From Gemmatimonadota bacterium (GTDB taxonomy: Bacteria; Gemmatimonadota; Gemmatimonadetes; Palauibacterales; Palauibacteraceae), in NCBI GenBank assembly GCA_039584255.1, contig JBDGYE010000005.1:1869-65868 (forward strand): a DNA stretch of 64,000 bases, in the 5' to 3' direction. Position 1 is the first letter of the stretch, and each line of letters starts with the position of its first letter. This document shows positions 45,681-55,069 of this stretch, piece by piece. Made by a program: the position numbers and the translations under genes. The notes beneath the pieces are model-generated. The model was not told the origin of the DNA. It ran no database searches and saw only the letters and a program-made list of their open reading frames with translations.

Positions 45681-46901
45681 TCAGAGACCTTCCCGGGCGG
45701 GGGCGGCCATCTCTCTCAGGTAGGCCGAGAGGTCTAGCATCTCCCGCCCTTCAAAGCGTGGCCAGTCCTCATGCTCCAGCTGCACCAGGCCGTACATGGC
45801 TGGGGCGTGGTTCCACATCGAGGTGGCCAGTCCGAGCGGCGTGAGTATGGCTTGTGACTGCGAAAGATCAGGACCGAGCGACGCCTGCTCACCGCTGGCG
45901 TGGCAGTTGGAGCACCTCTTGCGCACGAAGACGAGCTCGCCGTCCCGCACATCTCCGCCCGTCTCGTAAAAGCGAAGGTAGTACAGAAACGCGATGAGGT
46001 CTGCCATCTCCGCGCCCTCGAACTGCGGAAATGCTATTCCCCGCTGCTCCATGGCGGCCGCCATCTGAAACGAGTGGTTCCACAGCTCGCCTGAGATCTC
46101 CGACACGCTCAGCCGTTCGGTGGCCGTTCCTAGGTCGGGCCCGAAAGATGTGCCGCCTCCGGCGCTTCCATGGCAAGCCTGGCACCCCTTGGAGTGGAAG
46201 AGGCGCCGGCCCAAGTCGGGATCGGGCGGCTGGAGGAAGACGGCCTGGCGCCCGCGCAGGGCTGAAGACTCACGGATGAATGCGTGGATGTCTGCCAGTT
46301 CCCTTTCGACGAATACAGGCATGGGGATGGCCCGTGCGCGCTGTTGTGCGCGCATCGCGGGCCCGTGATTCCACATCCCCTGGGCCAGCGCGATGGGCGC
46401 GATGTAGCGCGCGTAGTCATCGAGCGGTAAGCTGCCACTGCCAGGCGCCTCTCCGATCGAATGGCATGCCGCGCACCGCTTCTCCCGGAACCACCTCTCT
46501 CCCCTCTCGGGATCCCCGGGCTCGTCGAACAGCTTTATGTAGTAGATGTAGCTGATGATGTTCGCGAGCTCGGATTCGGTGAACGTGGGCCATTCGAACC
46601 CCCTGTCCCTAACCGTTTCTATCATCCGGGGCGTGTGGTTCCAAAACAGACCTGCGAGCTGATGAAGGCTCCGCCCTGCACCGACAACCGCGAAGTCTGG
46701 TCCGAGGGTCCCACCGTTGCCCCAGATCGAGTGGCAGCGGATGCAGTCCCGCTCGACGAACAGCTGCCGGCCGGCTATCGGATCGCCCGGGTAGGAAGAA
46801 GCAGGCTGGGCAGACGTCGCTGCCGGCCCGATTAGCCATACCGGGGCGACGGTAGCCACCAGGACCACCGTCCGCGTCAGGACGGAGAGTGAATCACTCA
46901 T
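45681..46901 (-). CDS. c-type cytochrome with four class-I monohaem domains (4 x CXXCH)
   Basis: Signal peptide, then four ~100-aa repeats. Each has G..LF...C..CH...G.GG..GPDL, then ...MWNH/LWNH..M... and ...E..DL.A(F/Y)L (CIRCH, CAACH, CQACH, CSNCH). It is paralogous to 55066..56280. Confidence 0.75.
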   Translation of the reverse strand: MSDSLSVLTRTVVLVATVAPVWLIGPAATSAQPASSYPGDPIAGRQLFVERDCIRCHSIWGNGGTLGPDFAVVGAGRSLHQLAGLFWNHTPRMIETVRDRGFEWPTFTESELANIISYIYYIKLFDEPGDPERGERWFREKRCAACHSIGEAPGSGSLPLDDYARYIAPIALAQGMWNHGPAMRAQQRARAIPMPVFVERELADIHAFIRESSALRGRQAVFLQPPDPDLGRRLFHSKGCQACHGSAGGGTSFGPDLGTATERLSVSEISGELWNHSFQMAAAMEQRGIAFPQFEGAEMADLIAFLYYLRFYETGGDVRDGELVFVRKRCSNCHASGEQASLGPDLSQSQAILTPLGLATSMWNHAPAMYGLVQLEHEDWPRFEGREMLDLSAYLREMAAPAREGL

Positions 46902-48270
46902 CGCCAGCCTCCGCTGCAGCCACCGAAGGGGCGCCGGGCAAGTATCCCGCCACCCGTTCCGCGACCTCCTGCACTGATTCTTCACGTCCCTCCTTCATCT
47001 CCCAGATCGAGACGATCGGGAAAAACTTGGTGGCGACCATGTACAGCAGGATGAAGCCGGAGAACGTTGCGGCCATGATAGACAGCTCAATCCAGGACGG
47101 CGCGTATCGGCCTATCCCCTCGAACTCCCAGCGCGGGTTCACCGAGGTCGGGACGACGATGTTGAACCGCTCAAGCCACATTCCGATGAGAACGGCCACG
47201 CCGGCCACCAGCGTTCCCGCCGGCGTGCGAGTAGACCGCCGCCACATCAGGATCAGCGGAATGAAGAAACAGCCGGCGACCATCGTCCAGAACGGGATGG
47301 CGAAAGGTCCGGCCAGCTTGGCCCAGAGCGCCCTCATCTCGGCGGGCTCACCGCCGTAGAAGGCCGTCAGGTACTCCGCGAAAGTGAAGTAGAACCACAG
47401 CAGGCTGAAGATGAGAAGGAGTCGCCCCATGTAGTCGAAATGGACCGGCTTGAAGTAGTCCTCCAGGTGGTACACGCGCCTCAGCACGACCATGGCGACG
47501 AGCAGGGCGGCGATCCCCGAGTAGATGGCTCCCATCACGAAATAGGGGCCGAAGATGGTGCTGTGCCACATCGGCCGCAGCGTCATGGCGAAGATCCAGC
47601 CGATGATCGTGTGCACGGATACAGCGACCGGGATCACGGCTATCGCCAGAACGCCGATGACTCGCTCGAGACGTCTTCGCTGTTCCGGCGTGTGCTGGTA
47701 ACCTGCGGCCAGCAATCTGTATAGGCGCGGGGCCTTGATGCCCGAGTCGCGGATGATCGCCAGATCCGGCAGCATCGGAACGTACAGGTAGATGGAGCTC
47801 GCGGTGAAATACACGCCTATGCTGACCACGTCCCACAGGAGCGGAGAGAGCCCCTGGGCGTGGAGAATGACGTTCAGCACCCGGTCCGGGCGTCCGAGAT
47901 CAATGATCGGCTGAATCGCTCCGAATCCGAGAACGAGGACAGTGATGAACTCCGCCGAGCGGGTAATCGCCCGGCGCCATTCCGCCTGGCTGATTCTCAA
48001 GATCGCGGAGATGAGAGTACCGGCGTGGCTGATCCCGATGAAGAAGACGAAGCAGATGATATAGATGCCCCAGTACTCGGGCCGGTTGAGTCCCGTGCGG
48101 CCGAGGCCGTATCGGACCTGAAGGTAGTAGGCGAACGCGCCCCACAGAGTGATCGCTCCCAGCACGGCCGCGGCGAGGTAGAACCCGCGCGACGTCTCGA
48201 CCAGAGGTCGAAGGAGTGTCTGTTCATCCGGCGACAGACGAGCGAATCTCTCGGCTACGCCGTGGCGCAT
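46894..48270 (-). CDS. NrfD/PsrC family membrane quinol-interacting subunit (ActC-like)
   Basis: The start is at MRHGVAERF, 1 nt after the FeS gene stop. About 10 TM helices with the NrfD pattern. Confidence 0.8.
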   Translation of the reverse strand: MRHGVAERFARLSPDEQTLLRPLVETSRGFYLAAAVLGAITLWGAFAYYLQVRYGLGRTGLNRPEYWGIYIICFVFFIGISHAGTLISAILRISQAEWRRAITRSAEFITVLVLGFGAIQPIIDLGRPDRVLNVILHAQGLSPLLWDVVSIGVYFTASSIYLYVPMLPDLAIIRDSGIKAPRLYRLLAAGYQHTPEQRRRLERVIGVLAIAVIPVAVSVHTIIGWIFAMTLRPMWHSTIFGPYFVMGAIYSGIAALLVAMVVLRRVYHLEDYFKPVHFDYMGRLLLIFSLLWFYFTFAEYLTAFYGGEPAEMRALWAKLAGPFAIPFWTMVAGCFFIPLILMWRRSTRTPAGTLVAGVAVLIGMWLERFNIVVPTSVNPRWEFEGIGRYAPSWIELSIMAATFSGFILLYMVATKFFPIVSIWEMKEGREESVQEVAERVAGYLPGAPSVAAAEAGDE

Positions 48271-48271
48271 C

Positions 48272-48955
48272 TCATTCCCTCGAAGCCAGATAGTAGACCT
48301 TGGGCTCGGTTCCAAGTTCTTCCATGATGCGCATCGCCCGCGACTCCTCCGCGAGTTGCGCTACGCGGTGCTCCGGATTGTCCAGGTCGCCGAAGACGAT
48401 GGCTTCGGTCGGGCACACTTCGGCGCACGCGGGCTGGTAGTCCTCCTCGCGAAGCGGCCGGCCGTCGGCGCGAGCGGCCTCGCGGGCCTTCTGGAGACGA
48501 TGATGGCAGAAGGTGCACTTCTCGATGACGCCCTTGGGCCGAACGGATACGTCGGGATTGAGATGCCGGCGCTCCGACTCGGCCCACTCCGGTCCGTACC
48601 AGTTGAAATACTTGACCACGTAGGGACAGGCGTTCGCGCAATAGCGGCAGCCGATGCAGCGCGGGTAGATCTGTCCGACGATTCCCTCATCGCTGATGTA
48701 GGTTGCCTCGACCGGACACACCTTGGTGCACGGCGGGTTGTCGCAGTGCATGCAGGGCCGCGGGTAGAACCTCATGGCCGTGTCGGGGAAATCGCCCTCG
48801 ATTTCCGTCACGACCGTCATCCAGCTCATGGCGCGACCGATCTCGGCCTGCCCGGGCGATACCGTGGGAATGTTGTTCTCGCTCTTGCACGCCACTTCGC
48901 AGGCCAAGCAGCCCGTGCAGCGGTCGAGGTCGATCACCATGCCCCATCGCGTCAT
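48272..48955 (-). CDS. 4Fe-4S dicluster iron-sulfur subunit (PsrB/DmsB/ActB2-like)
   Basis: MTRWGMVIDLDRCTGCLACEVACKSEN...CMHCDNPPCTKVCP...CIGCRYCANACP...CTFCHHRL...CAEVCP are four ferredoxin-type Cys clusters. Confidence 0.85.
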   Translation of the reverse strand: MTRWGMVIDLDRCTGCLACEVACKSENNIPTVSPGQAEIGRAMSWMTVVTEIEGDFPDTAMRFYPRPCMHCDNPPCTKVCPVEATYISDEGIVGQIYPRCIGCRYCANACPYVVKYFNWYGPEWAESERRHLNPDVSVRPKGVIEKCTFCHHRLQKAREAARADGRPLREEDYQPACAEVCPTEAIVFGDLDNPEHRVAQLAEESRAMRIMEELGTEPKVYYLASRE

Positions 48956-48968
48956 CGTCGCCAGCCTC

Positions 48969-51332
48969 TCACACCCGTTGGAGGCGCACGAAGGTCGTCG
49001 ACCAGGACTGAACACCCGTCAGGGGGTCGATCGAGCCATCGAGCACGCTGAGCGGGTTTGCGATTTCGCCGTCGGGGTGGCGGAGCCCGTAGGGTGCGCA
49101 AACGTGATCCGGGGGCGCACCCAAGAACAGCTTCAGCCGAGCGCGGTATCTGCCGCGTGACGACTCGACCCAGACCTGGGTGTCGTCCTCCAGACCTAGC
49201 GAGCGGGCCGTAGCCGGGTTCACCTCCACCCACGGATCCCAGTGAACTTCGGGGAACAGGCCGGGCTTTTCGGCGAGCCAACGCTCGAGGGCGAGGCTTC
49301 CGGATGCGAGCGTCGACACGCGGTACGGGACAAGACGCAGCGGGAAGCCATCGGTCGGGGCCACACCCCTGCTTCCCACATCGATGTAGGGCCGCCGCGG
49401 TCTGCCTTGGGCGTCCAGTACGACCGGCAGCCCCGGCGGCATCAGCTGGACGCGGCCATCAGACGTTCGGGCCAGGCGGCCGGGATCTGTGTGATCGTAG
49501 AACAGGTCCGTCCAGCCGCCTCTCTCCGTGAGCGCATCCCAGAACTCATCGAACTCCGTGTGCTGCGGCAGCCACCAGCCGCGCGACTCCATCTGCTCGT
49601 AATGCCTGCTCTCGAAGTCGCTTCTGAATGTCATGCCACGGCGTGCCGCGAACAGCCCTCGGGCGCGCTCTCTGAGCAGCGTTTCCACGCCGTCGTACGG
49701 AAGCGCCTCACGAACACCTCCGCCGAGCGCCCGCGCGATCTCGAGGACGGCATCGATCGTGTGCGTTCCACCCTCGTGCGGCGCAACGAGCGGCTGCGCG
49801 AGACCCCACACGGGATACGGGTAGGACTGTGGTGTGGGGGCGTCCTGCCAGCGCTCGTACGGAAGCAGGTCCGGCAACACGAGGTCTGCGTGCCGCGTGG
49901 TCTCGTCGAGGAAAGGCGAGAAGCTCACCACGTAGTCGATCATCTCCAATGCCTCACGCCAGACGTCAGGCGCGACCGACGAGGCGATCGGATTCGAATA
50001 GTAGAGGAAGAGGACTTCGACCTGTGCCGCGGCGCTTCCGACGATGGCCTCGGCGAATCGGTCGCGCTGGCCACCCGCCCCGAAGGCCGGAAGCGGGCCG
50101 GCCACACGCTCCCGGTCCAATCCGCGGCGCGCGGTATCGTCCAGAACCAGCGGCGCCAGCGGAGCGAGCGGCAGATCGTCCCCGAGCAGCACCCCGCCCG
50201 GCCGGTTGAGGTTGGCCGTGATCACGTTGACGCTGTGCACGGCCATGCCGGCGAGAAGTCCGTTCGGCGCAGCTGTGACGTCGCTCCCACAAATCGCAAC
50301 CGCTGCCGGGCTCTCGGCGTACGTCCTCGCCAGGGAGGTGATTCTCTCCACCGGCACACCGGTGATCGCCGATACCTCTTCTGTGCGGAAATTCCGGCTC
50401 ACGATAGACCGGTAGCCCTCTTGCAGCTGGCCTTCCACGTCCGTGAAGTCCTCGAAGCCGGACACTCGCTCGGCTATGAAGTCGAGTTCGAGCAGCTCGT
50501 CTCGGATCAGCACGTACGCGATCCCGAGTGCTAGGACCGCGTGGGTCCCCGGCCGGACACCCACCCACTCATGTGCTCGCGCCGCCGTCCTTGAGAAGCG
50601 CGTGTCCACCTGAATGAAACGGGAGCGCCGCGTTTCGTCGGATTCCGGATGGGCAAAACCCACGAAGGCCTGAAGGGGCGACCACCACGCCTCGAAGAGG
50701 GGGGCACCGAAGGAGAGCACCAGCTCTGAGTGGCCGAGATCGTAGCTCGGCCGCCGCTCGACCCCGTGCATCAGGGCCATCACCCCGTCGGTTCCGTCGC
50801 GGTAGTCATCGGCTATGTAATTCGGAGAGCCGAAAGCGGTGAGGAATTGGCGCCAGACATCCTCAACGGAGCCAGCACAGTATCCGGCGAGCAGGGCCAG
50901 CGCCTCGGGCCGGTCGGCCGCCCGCAGGCCCTTCAGGCGCTCAGCGATCAGAGCGAGAGCTTCATCGCGAGTCACCTGCCGCCACTGTCCTGAGCCCCGC
51001 GGGCCGTCTCTCACGATGGGTCCCGTGAGCCGCTGCGGATGGTAGAGTACCTGTACTCCCGCGATGCCACGCGGGCAGATACCCCCACGGCTCATCGGGT
51101 GAAGCGGGTTTCCGGCGATGCCTACGAGACGGCCGTCGACCAATCTGCCCCGAATGCCGCAACGCGCCGGGCAGAGCAAGCACGTCGACGCGCGAGCCTC
51201 CTCGAGCCCGGGCTCCCAGCCCTCGTATCCGTCCTGGTCCTGCGGCCACAAGACCTCCGGGACCCCCTGGAACGCCACGGCAGCCGCGGCCGCGCTGGCC
51301 GTCCAGAAGAACTCGCGACGAGTAGGGCTCAT
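48969..51332 (-). CDS. Tat-exported molybdopterin-oxidoreductase-family catalytic/large subunit (PsrA/PhsA/TtrA-like or cofactor-less ActB1-like)
   Basis: GGAGG RBS. The Tat signal is MSPTRREFFWTASAAAAAVAF. N-terminal Cys cluster C-x2-C-x3-C-x27-C (CLLCPARCGIRG...GGICPRG). Total ~787 aa. Confidence 0.8.
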   Translation of the reverse strand: MSPTRREFFWTASAAAAAVAFQGVPEVLWPQDQDGYEGWEPGLEEARASTCLLCPARCGIRGRLVDGRLVGIAGNPLHPMSRGGICPRGIAGVQVLYHPQRLTGPIVRDGPRGSGQWRQVTRDEALALIAERLKGLRAADRPEALALLAGYCAGSVEDVWRQFLTAFGSPNYIADDYRDGTDGVMALMHGVERRPSYDLGHSELVLSFGAPLFEAWWSPLQAFVGFAHPESDETRRSRFIQVDTRFSRTAARAHEWVGVRPGTHAVLALGIAYVLIRDELLELDFIAERVSGFEDFTDVEGQLQEGYRSIVSRNFRTEEVSAITGVPVERITSLARTYAESPAAVAICGSDVTAAPNGLLAGMAVHSVNVITANLNRPGGVLLGDDLPLAPLAPLVLDDTARRGLDRERVAGPLPAFGAGGQRDRFAEAIVGSAAAQVEVLFLYYSNPIASSVAPDVWREALEMIDYVVSFSPFLDETTRHADLVLPDLLPYERWQDAPTPQSYPYPVWGLAQPLVAPHEGGTHTIDAVLEIARALGGGVREALPYDGVETLLRERARGLFAARRGMTFRSDFESRHYEQMESRGWWLPQHTEFDEFWDALTERGGWTDLFYDHTDPGRLARTSDGRVQLMPPGLPVVLDAQGRPRRPYIDVGSRGVAPTDGFPLRLVPYRVSTLASGSLALERWLAEKPGLFPEVHWDPWVEVNPATARSLGLEDDTQVWVESSRGRYRARLKLFLGAPPDHVCAPYGLRHPDGEIANPLSVLDGSIDPLTGVQSWSTTFVRLQRV

Positions 51333-51355
51333 CCGTAACCTCCAGCCTCTATTCT

Positions 51356-51874
51356 CTATCGATGGCAGGCGTTGCAGTCGAGCGTAGCCCCCCGCTCGAG
51401 ATGGCAATCCATGCAGAAATCCATCGTCATCTCCACCAGCGGCCGGTTTGGTGGCCTAGTGGTCTCTGCTATCCTGCCGTGACATTCCTCGCACGGGAGC
51501 TCGGCGATTCCGACGTGCCGGCGGTGCGTGTAGAAGACGTGAGGTTCGAGCCGGAAAAGCTTGTTGAATCTCAGCGGGTCACCCTGGGCGATCAGTTCCG
51601 TGACCCGGGCGGCCTCTGGCGATGTCCCCTGCACGGTCTCGTGGCAGGCCGAACACGTTTCGGCGTCCGGAAGCCCGGCGTGGGCACCGGTGCCCACGTA
51701 AGGGTGGCAGAAGTCGCAGGCCATCTGGAACTCCCCGGCGTGTTTCAAATGGTTGAATTGAACGGGCTGGGGCACACGCGGACCGGGCGCAGCGACCAGG
51801 GATACTACCGACGCGATGACGACAATCGTCACGAAGACCACGACTCTTCGGCGCGAGATGCTGCGTCGCTTCAC
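51356..51874 (-). CDS. pentahaem c-type cytochrome with N-terminal TM anchor (ActA-like)
   Basis: N-terminal TM RRVVVFVTIVVIASVVSLVAA. Five CXXCH motifs (CDFCH, CSACH, CEECH, CMDCH, CNACH) in 172 aa. It is the first gene of the operon. Confidence 0.75.
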   Translation of the reverse strand: MKRRSISRRRVVVFVTIVVIASVVSLVAAPGPRVPQPVQFNHLKHAGEFQMACDFCHPYVGTGAHAGLPDAETCSACHETVQGTSPEAARVTELIAQGDPLRFNKLFRLEPHVFYTHRRHVGIAELPCEECHGRIAETTRPPNRPLVEMTMDFCMDCHLERGATLDCNACHR

Positions 51875-52188
51875 GCCAGCTTCCTTCCTTAACGTCGCCA
51901 GGAGAGACCGGACCGGTGAGCATCATGTCCGGCGTCGCAATGCCTAGGCACAAGCAATGCCGATGCCAGCATGTCCGTTGAATGAACGATTACGATAATA
52001 CCATATCATAAAACACGTTACCATTACAACTGTCGCACTCCATCTCGCCGGGGCCACAACAACGCGTGTCAGATTATGTGCCGTTATGACCCACGTCATC
52101 GCGCATGTGGGAGAGCTGTCCAGCGGGTGTCGGTGGGGTCCAGCTTCCGAGCGGAGTCGGGAACCGGGCTGCAAGCGCGGCCCCGCCG
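51875..52188 (-). promoter_or_regulatory. AT-rich intergenic region, putative promoter/regulatory region of the pentahaem-Mo-FeS-NrfD operon
   Basis: There is a local GC drop (…cgattacgataataccatatcataaaacacgttaccattacaactgtcgcac…). On the coding strand it contains TTGTAA...TATTAT-like hexamers. It shares a 10-mer CTGTCGCACT with the 45640 region. Confidence 0.3.
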
Positions 52189-53286
52189 TCAGACGGTGGG
52201 GCTGGCCGTGTAACCCAGAATAGTGAGCACGATGATATAGACTATGATGCCGACACCTATCCACGTGAACAGGTGGCTTCGCTCGCCACGTGCAGACCCT
52301 CGATCCAGGAAGGGAATGATCAGAAGGAGGAGCCCGGCCAGGGCAAACGCCATCGCGCCCACGACTTCGCCCTCGAACACGAGAATGTGGCTAGGGAGCA
52401 GCTTCAAGGTGTGGAACATGAACATGAAGTACCACTCGGGCTTGATGCCGATCGGAGCGGGCGCGAAAGGATCCGCCTTCGTTCCGAGCTCCGCCGGCAC
52501 GAAGGCCGCGAGCGCGGCAAGCACGCCGAGGGCGGCGAGCCAACCCACGAGGTCTCGGAGGAGGAAGTTGGGAACGAACGGAAGGCTCCGCCTGGTCTCC
52601 CTTTTCTCGGCGACATCTGGCGGAATGCTCATGCCGTGCCGCTGAACCATGAACAGGTGCAAGCCTATGAGAAGGACGGTGATAGAGGGAAGAATCGCAA
52701 CGTGGATCGCGTAGAAACGCGTCAGCGTCGCGCCTGACACATCTTCGCCTCCGCGCAGGAGTTGTTTGGCGAACGACCCCACCAGCGGGAAGACCCCCAC
52801 GATCTCGGTGCCGACTCTCGTGGCGAAGAACGCGAGCTCATTCCACGGCAGAAGGTAGCCCGTGAAGCCGAACGCCAGAGCCAGAACCAGCAGTCCGACA
52901 CCCGACAGCCACGTGATCTCCCGCGGCGGCCGGTAAGCCTTCAGAAGCAGTACGCTGAAGAGATGGATGAATACCGTGAAGATCATCAGGTTCGCCGCCC
53001 AGGAGTGCAGCGAGCGCACCAGCCAGCCGAATTCCACTTCGGCCATCAAGAACTGAACCGACTCGTACGCCTCCTCTGCGCTGGGCCGATAATAGAACAG
53101 AAGCAGCACGCCGGTGACCACCTGCACCAGGAAGAGAAACAGCGTCATTCCTCCCAGGTAATACCAGACGCTGTGCCGGTGGACCGGTACCTCTTTCTTC
53201 CTGGCGAGCTCGGCGAACGGAGCGAAGCCGATGCGATCGTCCAGCCACTTCCAGAGGTCACTCAGCGCCTGCCGGGATCTTCCCAT
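52189..53286 (-). CDS. cytochrome b (cytochrome bc complex, fused b6+subunit IV-type)
   Basis: The start [21 protein letters not shown] overlaps the Rieske stop (ATGA). The motifs ...[26 protein letters not shown]...[24 protein letters not shown]...[13 protein letters not shown] are canonical haem bL/bH His positions. Confidence 0.85.
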   Translation of the reverse strand: MGRSRQALSDLWKWLDDRIGFAPFAELARKKEVPVHRHSVWYYLGGMTLFLFLVQVVTGVLLLFYYRPSAEEAYESVQFLMAEVEFGWLVRSLHSWAANLMIFTVFIHLFSVLLLKAYRPPREITWLSGVGLLVLALAFGFTGYLLPWNELAFFATRVGTEIVGVFPLVGSFAKQLLRGGEDVSGATLTRFYAIHVAILPSITVLLIGLHLFMVQRHGMSIPPDVAEKRETRRSLPFVPNFLLRDLVGWLAALGVLAALAAFVPAELGTKADPFAPAPIGIKPEWYFMFMFHTLKLLPSHILVFEGEVVGAMAFALAGLLLLIIPFLDRGSARGERSHLFTWIGVGIIVYIIVLTILGYTASPTV

Positions 53287-53288
53287 GC

Positions 53289-53744
53289 TCACGCCCCCCG
53301 GCTCACAACTATCTGATCGCCTCGCACGTTGACTTCGAAGGCATCGAGCGGTCGGGGTGGCGGGCCGGCGACGTTTCGACCGCTGAGGTCGAAGTGGCCG
53401 TTGTGGCAGGCACACCAGATGCGGCTGATGTCGTCGCGGTACTGCACGGTGCACTCGAGGTGAGAGCACACGGCCGAGAAGGCGCGGAGCTCTCCGTCTG
53501 GCGTGCGGACCAAGATTCCGGCCCGGTTGCCGAATCTGAACAGCCGGCCGTTGTTCGGAGCGATTTCCTCCGGCGCGAACGGCAACACGACCGAGCTCGC
53601 CGCCGATTCGGCGCTCGCGGGTGGAATGAGGTACCTGGTCACCGGGTAAAAGATCGCCAGCAGAATCCCCCCCACACCGGTCCCGAGGATCCAGTTGACG
53701 AACCTCCGTCGGGAAGCTCCGCCGGACTGTGAGGCTCCGCTCAT
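53289..53744 (-). CDS. Rieske [2Fe-2S] iron-sulfur subunit
   Basis: Tat-like [11 protein letters not shown] plus a TM. Box I CSHLEC and box [10 protein letters not shown] are present. Confidence 0.85.
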   Translation of the reverse strand: MSGASQSGGASRRRFVNWILGTGVGGILLAIFYPVTRYLIPPASAESAASSVVLPFAPEEIAPNNGRLFRFGNRAGILVRTPDGELRAFSAVCSHLECTVQYRDDISRIWCACHNGHFDLSGRNVAGPPPRPLDAFEVNVRGDQIVVSRGA

Positions 53745-53782
53745 CAGTGCTCTCTCCTCCGCGAATCCAGAGGTTCGGGTGC

Positions 53783-55069
53783 TCAGGTCGTGCGACCTGC
53801 GGTGTGCCTTCCCTCGATCTGATGGATCTTCATCACAAGCCCGACTATCAGCACGATGATGACGATCACCGATGCGGCGAGGCCCATCCGACGGACCTGC
53901 AGATCGCGCAGCGCCCGAACGCCGCGCTCGACGCCCTCGGCGGCGATCTCCAGTCCTCCCTCGACTTCCGCACCGACAACGTCGGGGTTGAAGGCGTGAA
54001 CGGCCGCTCTGGCCTTTACGAGACCATCGTGGGCCCCCGTCATCTCGAATTGAGCCTGGCCGACCTCCATGCCGGCGTTCTCCGCTCGCGACAGGACCCA
54101 TTCCGCCGAATCCACAACGGTGCGCAACGAGTCGATCATGGCACGCATTGCCGCGGCGGCCTGACCGCCGGGATCATCCGCGGAATGGCATTGACTGCAT
54201 ACCGCATCGTCGGCCAGGCCGAGCATCGCGTCGCCGGCTTCGCCGATGTCGTGATTCCGGTGGCAGGTGGCGCACCCGGGAGTGCCGAGCAGGGTGAAGA
54301 CTTCTGCGTGGCGGGACTCTACGAAGTGGCCTGCCATCACGGCGTGACACTGCCCGCAGACATTGCCCACCCAAGAGATCCCGGGTGGGGCCGCGCCGTG
54401 ATTGCCGTGACAGTCGTTACAGGTAGGGGCCGAGAGGTCGCCCTCCTCGGACAGCATCCGCCAGTGCAGGCTGCGGTCGTACTTGTCCACCTGGTCCGAA
54501 GGCAGGCCGTACGGCTCCATGCGTTCCGGGTCTGCGTGACACTTCCCGCAAGTCTCCGTAACCCGTAGGGGGTGGACGCTCGAATTCGGGTCCGTCGGCC
54601 GCAGAATCTCGTGAGCGGGGTGACAGCTGATACATGTCGCAACGTTCGGGTCTCCGAGCTCCGTCAATCGGCGACCATGGGTGGAGGTCGCGTATTCCGC
54701 CAACTGGTCCACGCGGAGAGAGGGATTGTACCGCCTCATGAACTCAGCGTCCGCGTGGCACCGACCGCAAACCTCGAGGACCTGCCTGTGATCCGGAACG
54801 CCGATGTACCCCTTCATCGGGTCCATGGCCTCCAGTCCAGCCAACGTGGCGTCTCCCCCGTGGCACGCGATACAGCCGAATCCCTTGGCGGCGTGCACGT
54901 CCCGGGGGTAGCTCTCGGCCGGAGCGGCGAGACGCCCGCCGAGGGCTGCATGGCAGGTCAGGCACGTGCCGGTGGGCGGCTGGGCTTCCTGGCCCGGCGA
55001 TGCCGTTGGCCAGCCGGCAGCCGCGACGGCGATGGTCAGCAGACCGGCCCCTCTGTTGAGCCTCCTCAT
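53783..55069 (-). CDS. nonahaem c-type cytochrome with C-terminal membrane anchor
   Basis: Signal peptide. Nine CXXCH motifs (CLTCH, CIACH, CGRCH, CISCH, CGKCH, CNDCH, CGQCH, CATCH, CSQCH). C-terminal [23 protein letters not shown] overlap with the upstream cytochrome gene. Confidence 0.8.
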   Translation of the reverse strand: MRRLNRGAGLLTIAVAAAGWPTASPGQEAQPPTGTCLTCHAALGGRLAAPAESYPRDVHAAKGFGCIACHGGDATLAGLEAMDPMKGYIGVPDHRQVLEVCGRCHADAEFMRRYNPSLRVDQLAEYATSTHGRRLTELGDPNVATCISCHPAHEILRPTDPNSSVHPLRVTETCGKCHADPERMEPYGLPSDQVDKYDRSLHWRMLSEEGDLSAPTCNDCHGNHGAAPPGISWVGNVCGQCHAVMAGHFVESRHAEVFTLLGTPGCATCHRNHDIGEAGDAMLGLADDAVCSQCHSADDPGGQAAAAMRAMIDSLRTVVDSAEWVLSRAENAGMEVGQAQFEMTGAHDGLVKARAAVHAFNPDVVGAEVEGGLEIAAEGVERGVRALRDLQVRRMGLAASVIVIIVLIVGLVMKIHQIEGRHTAGRTT

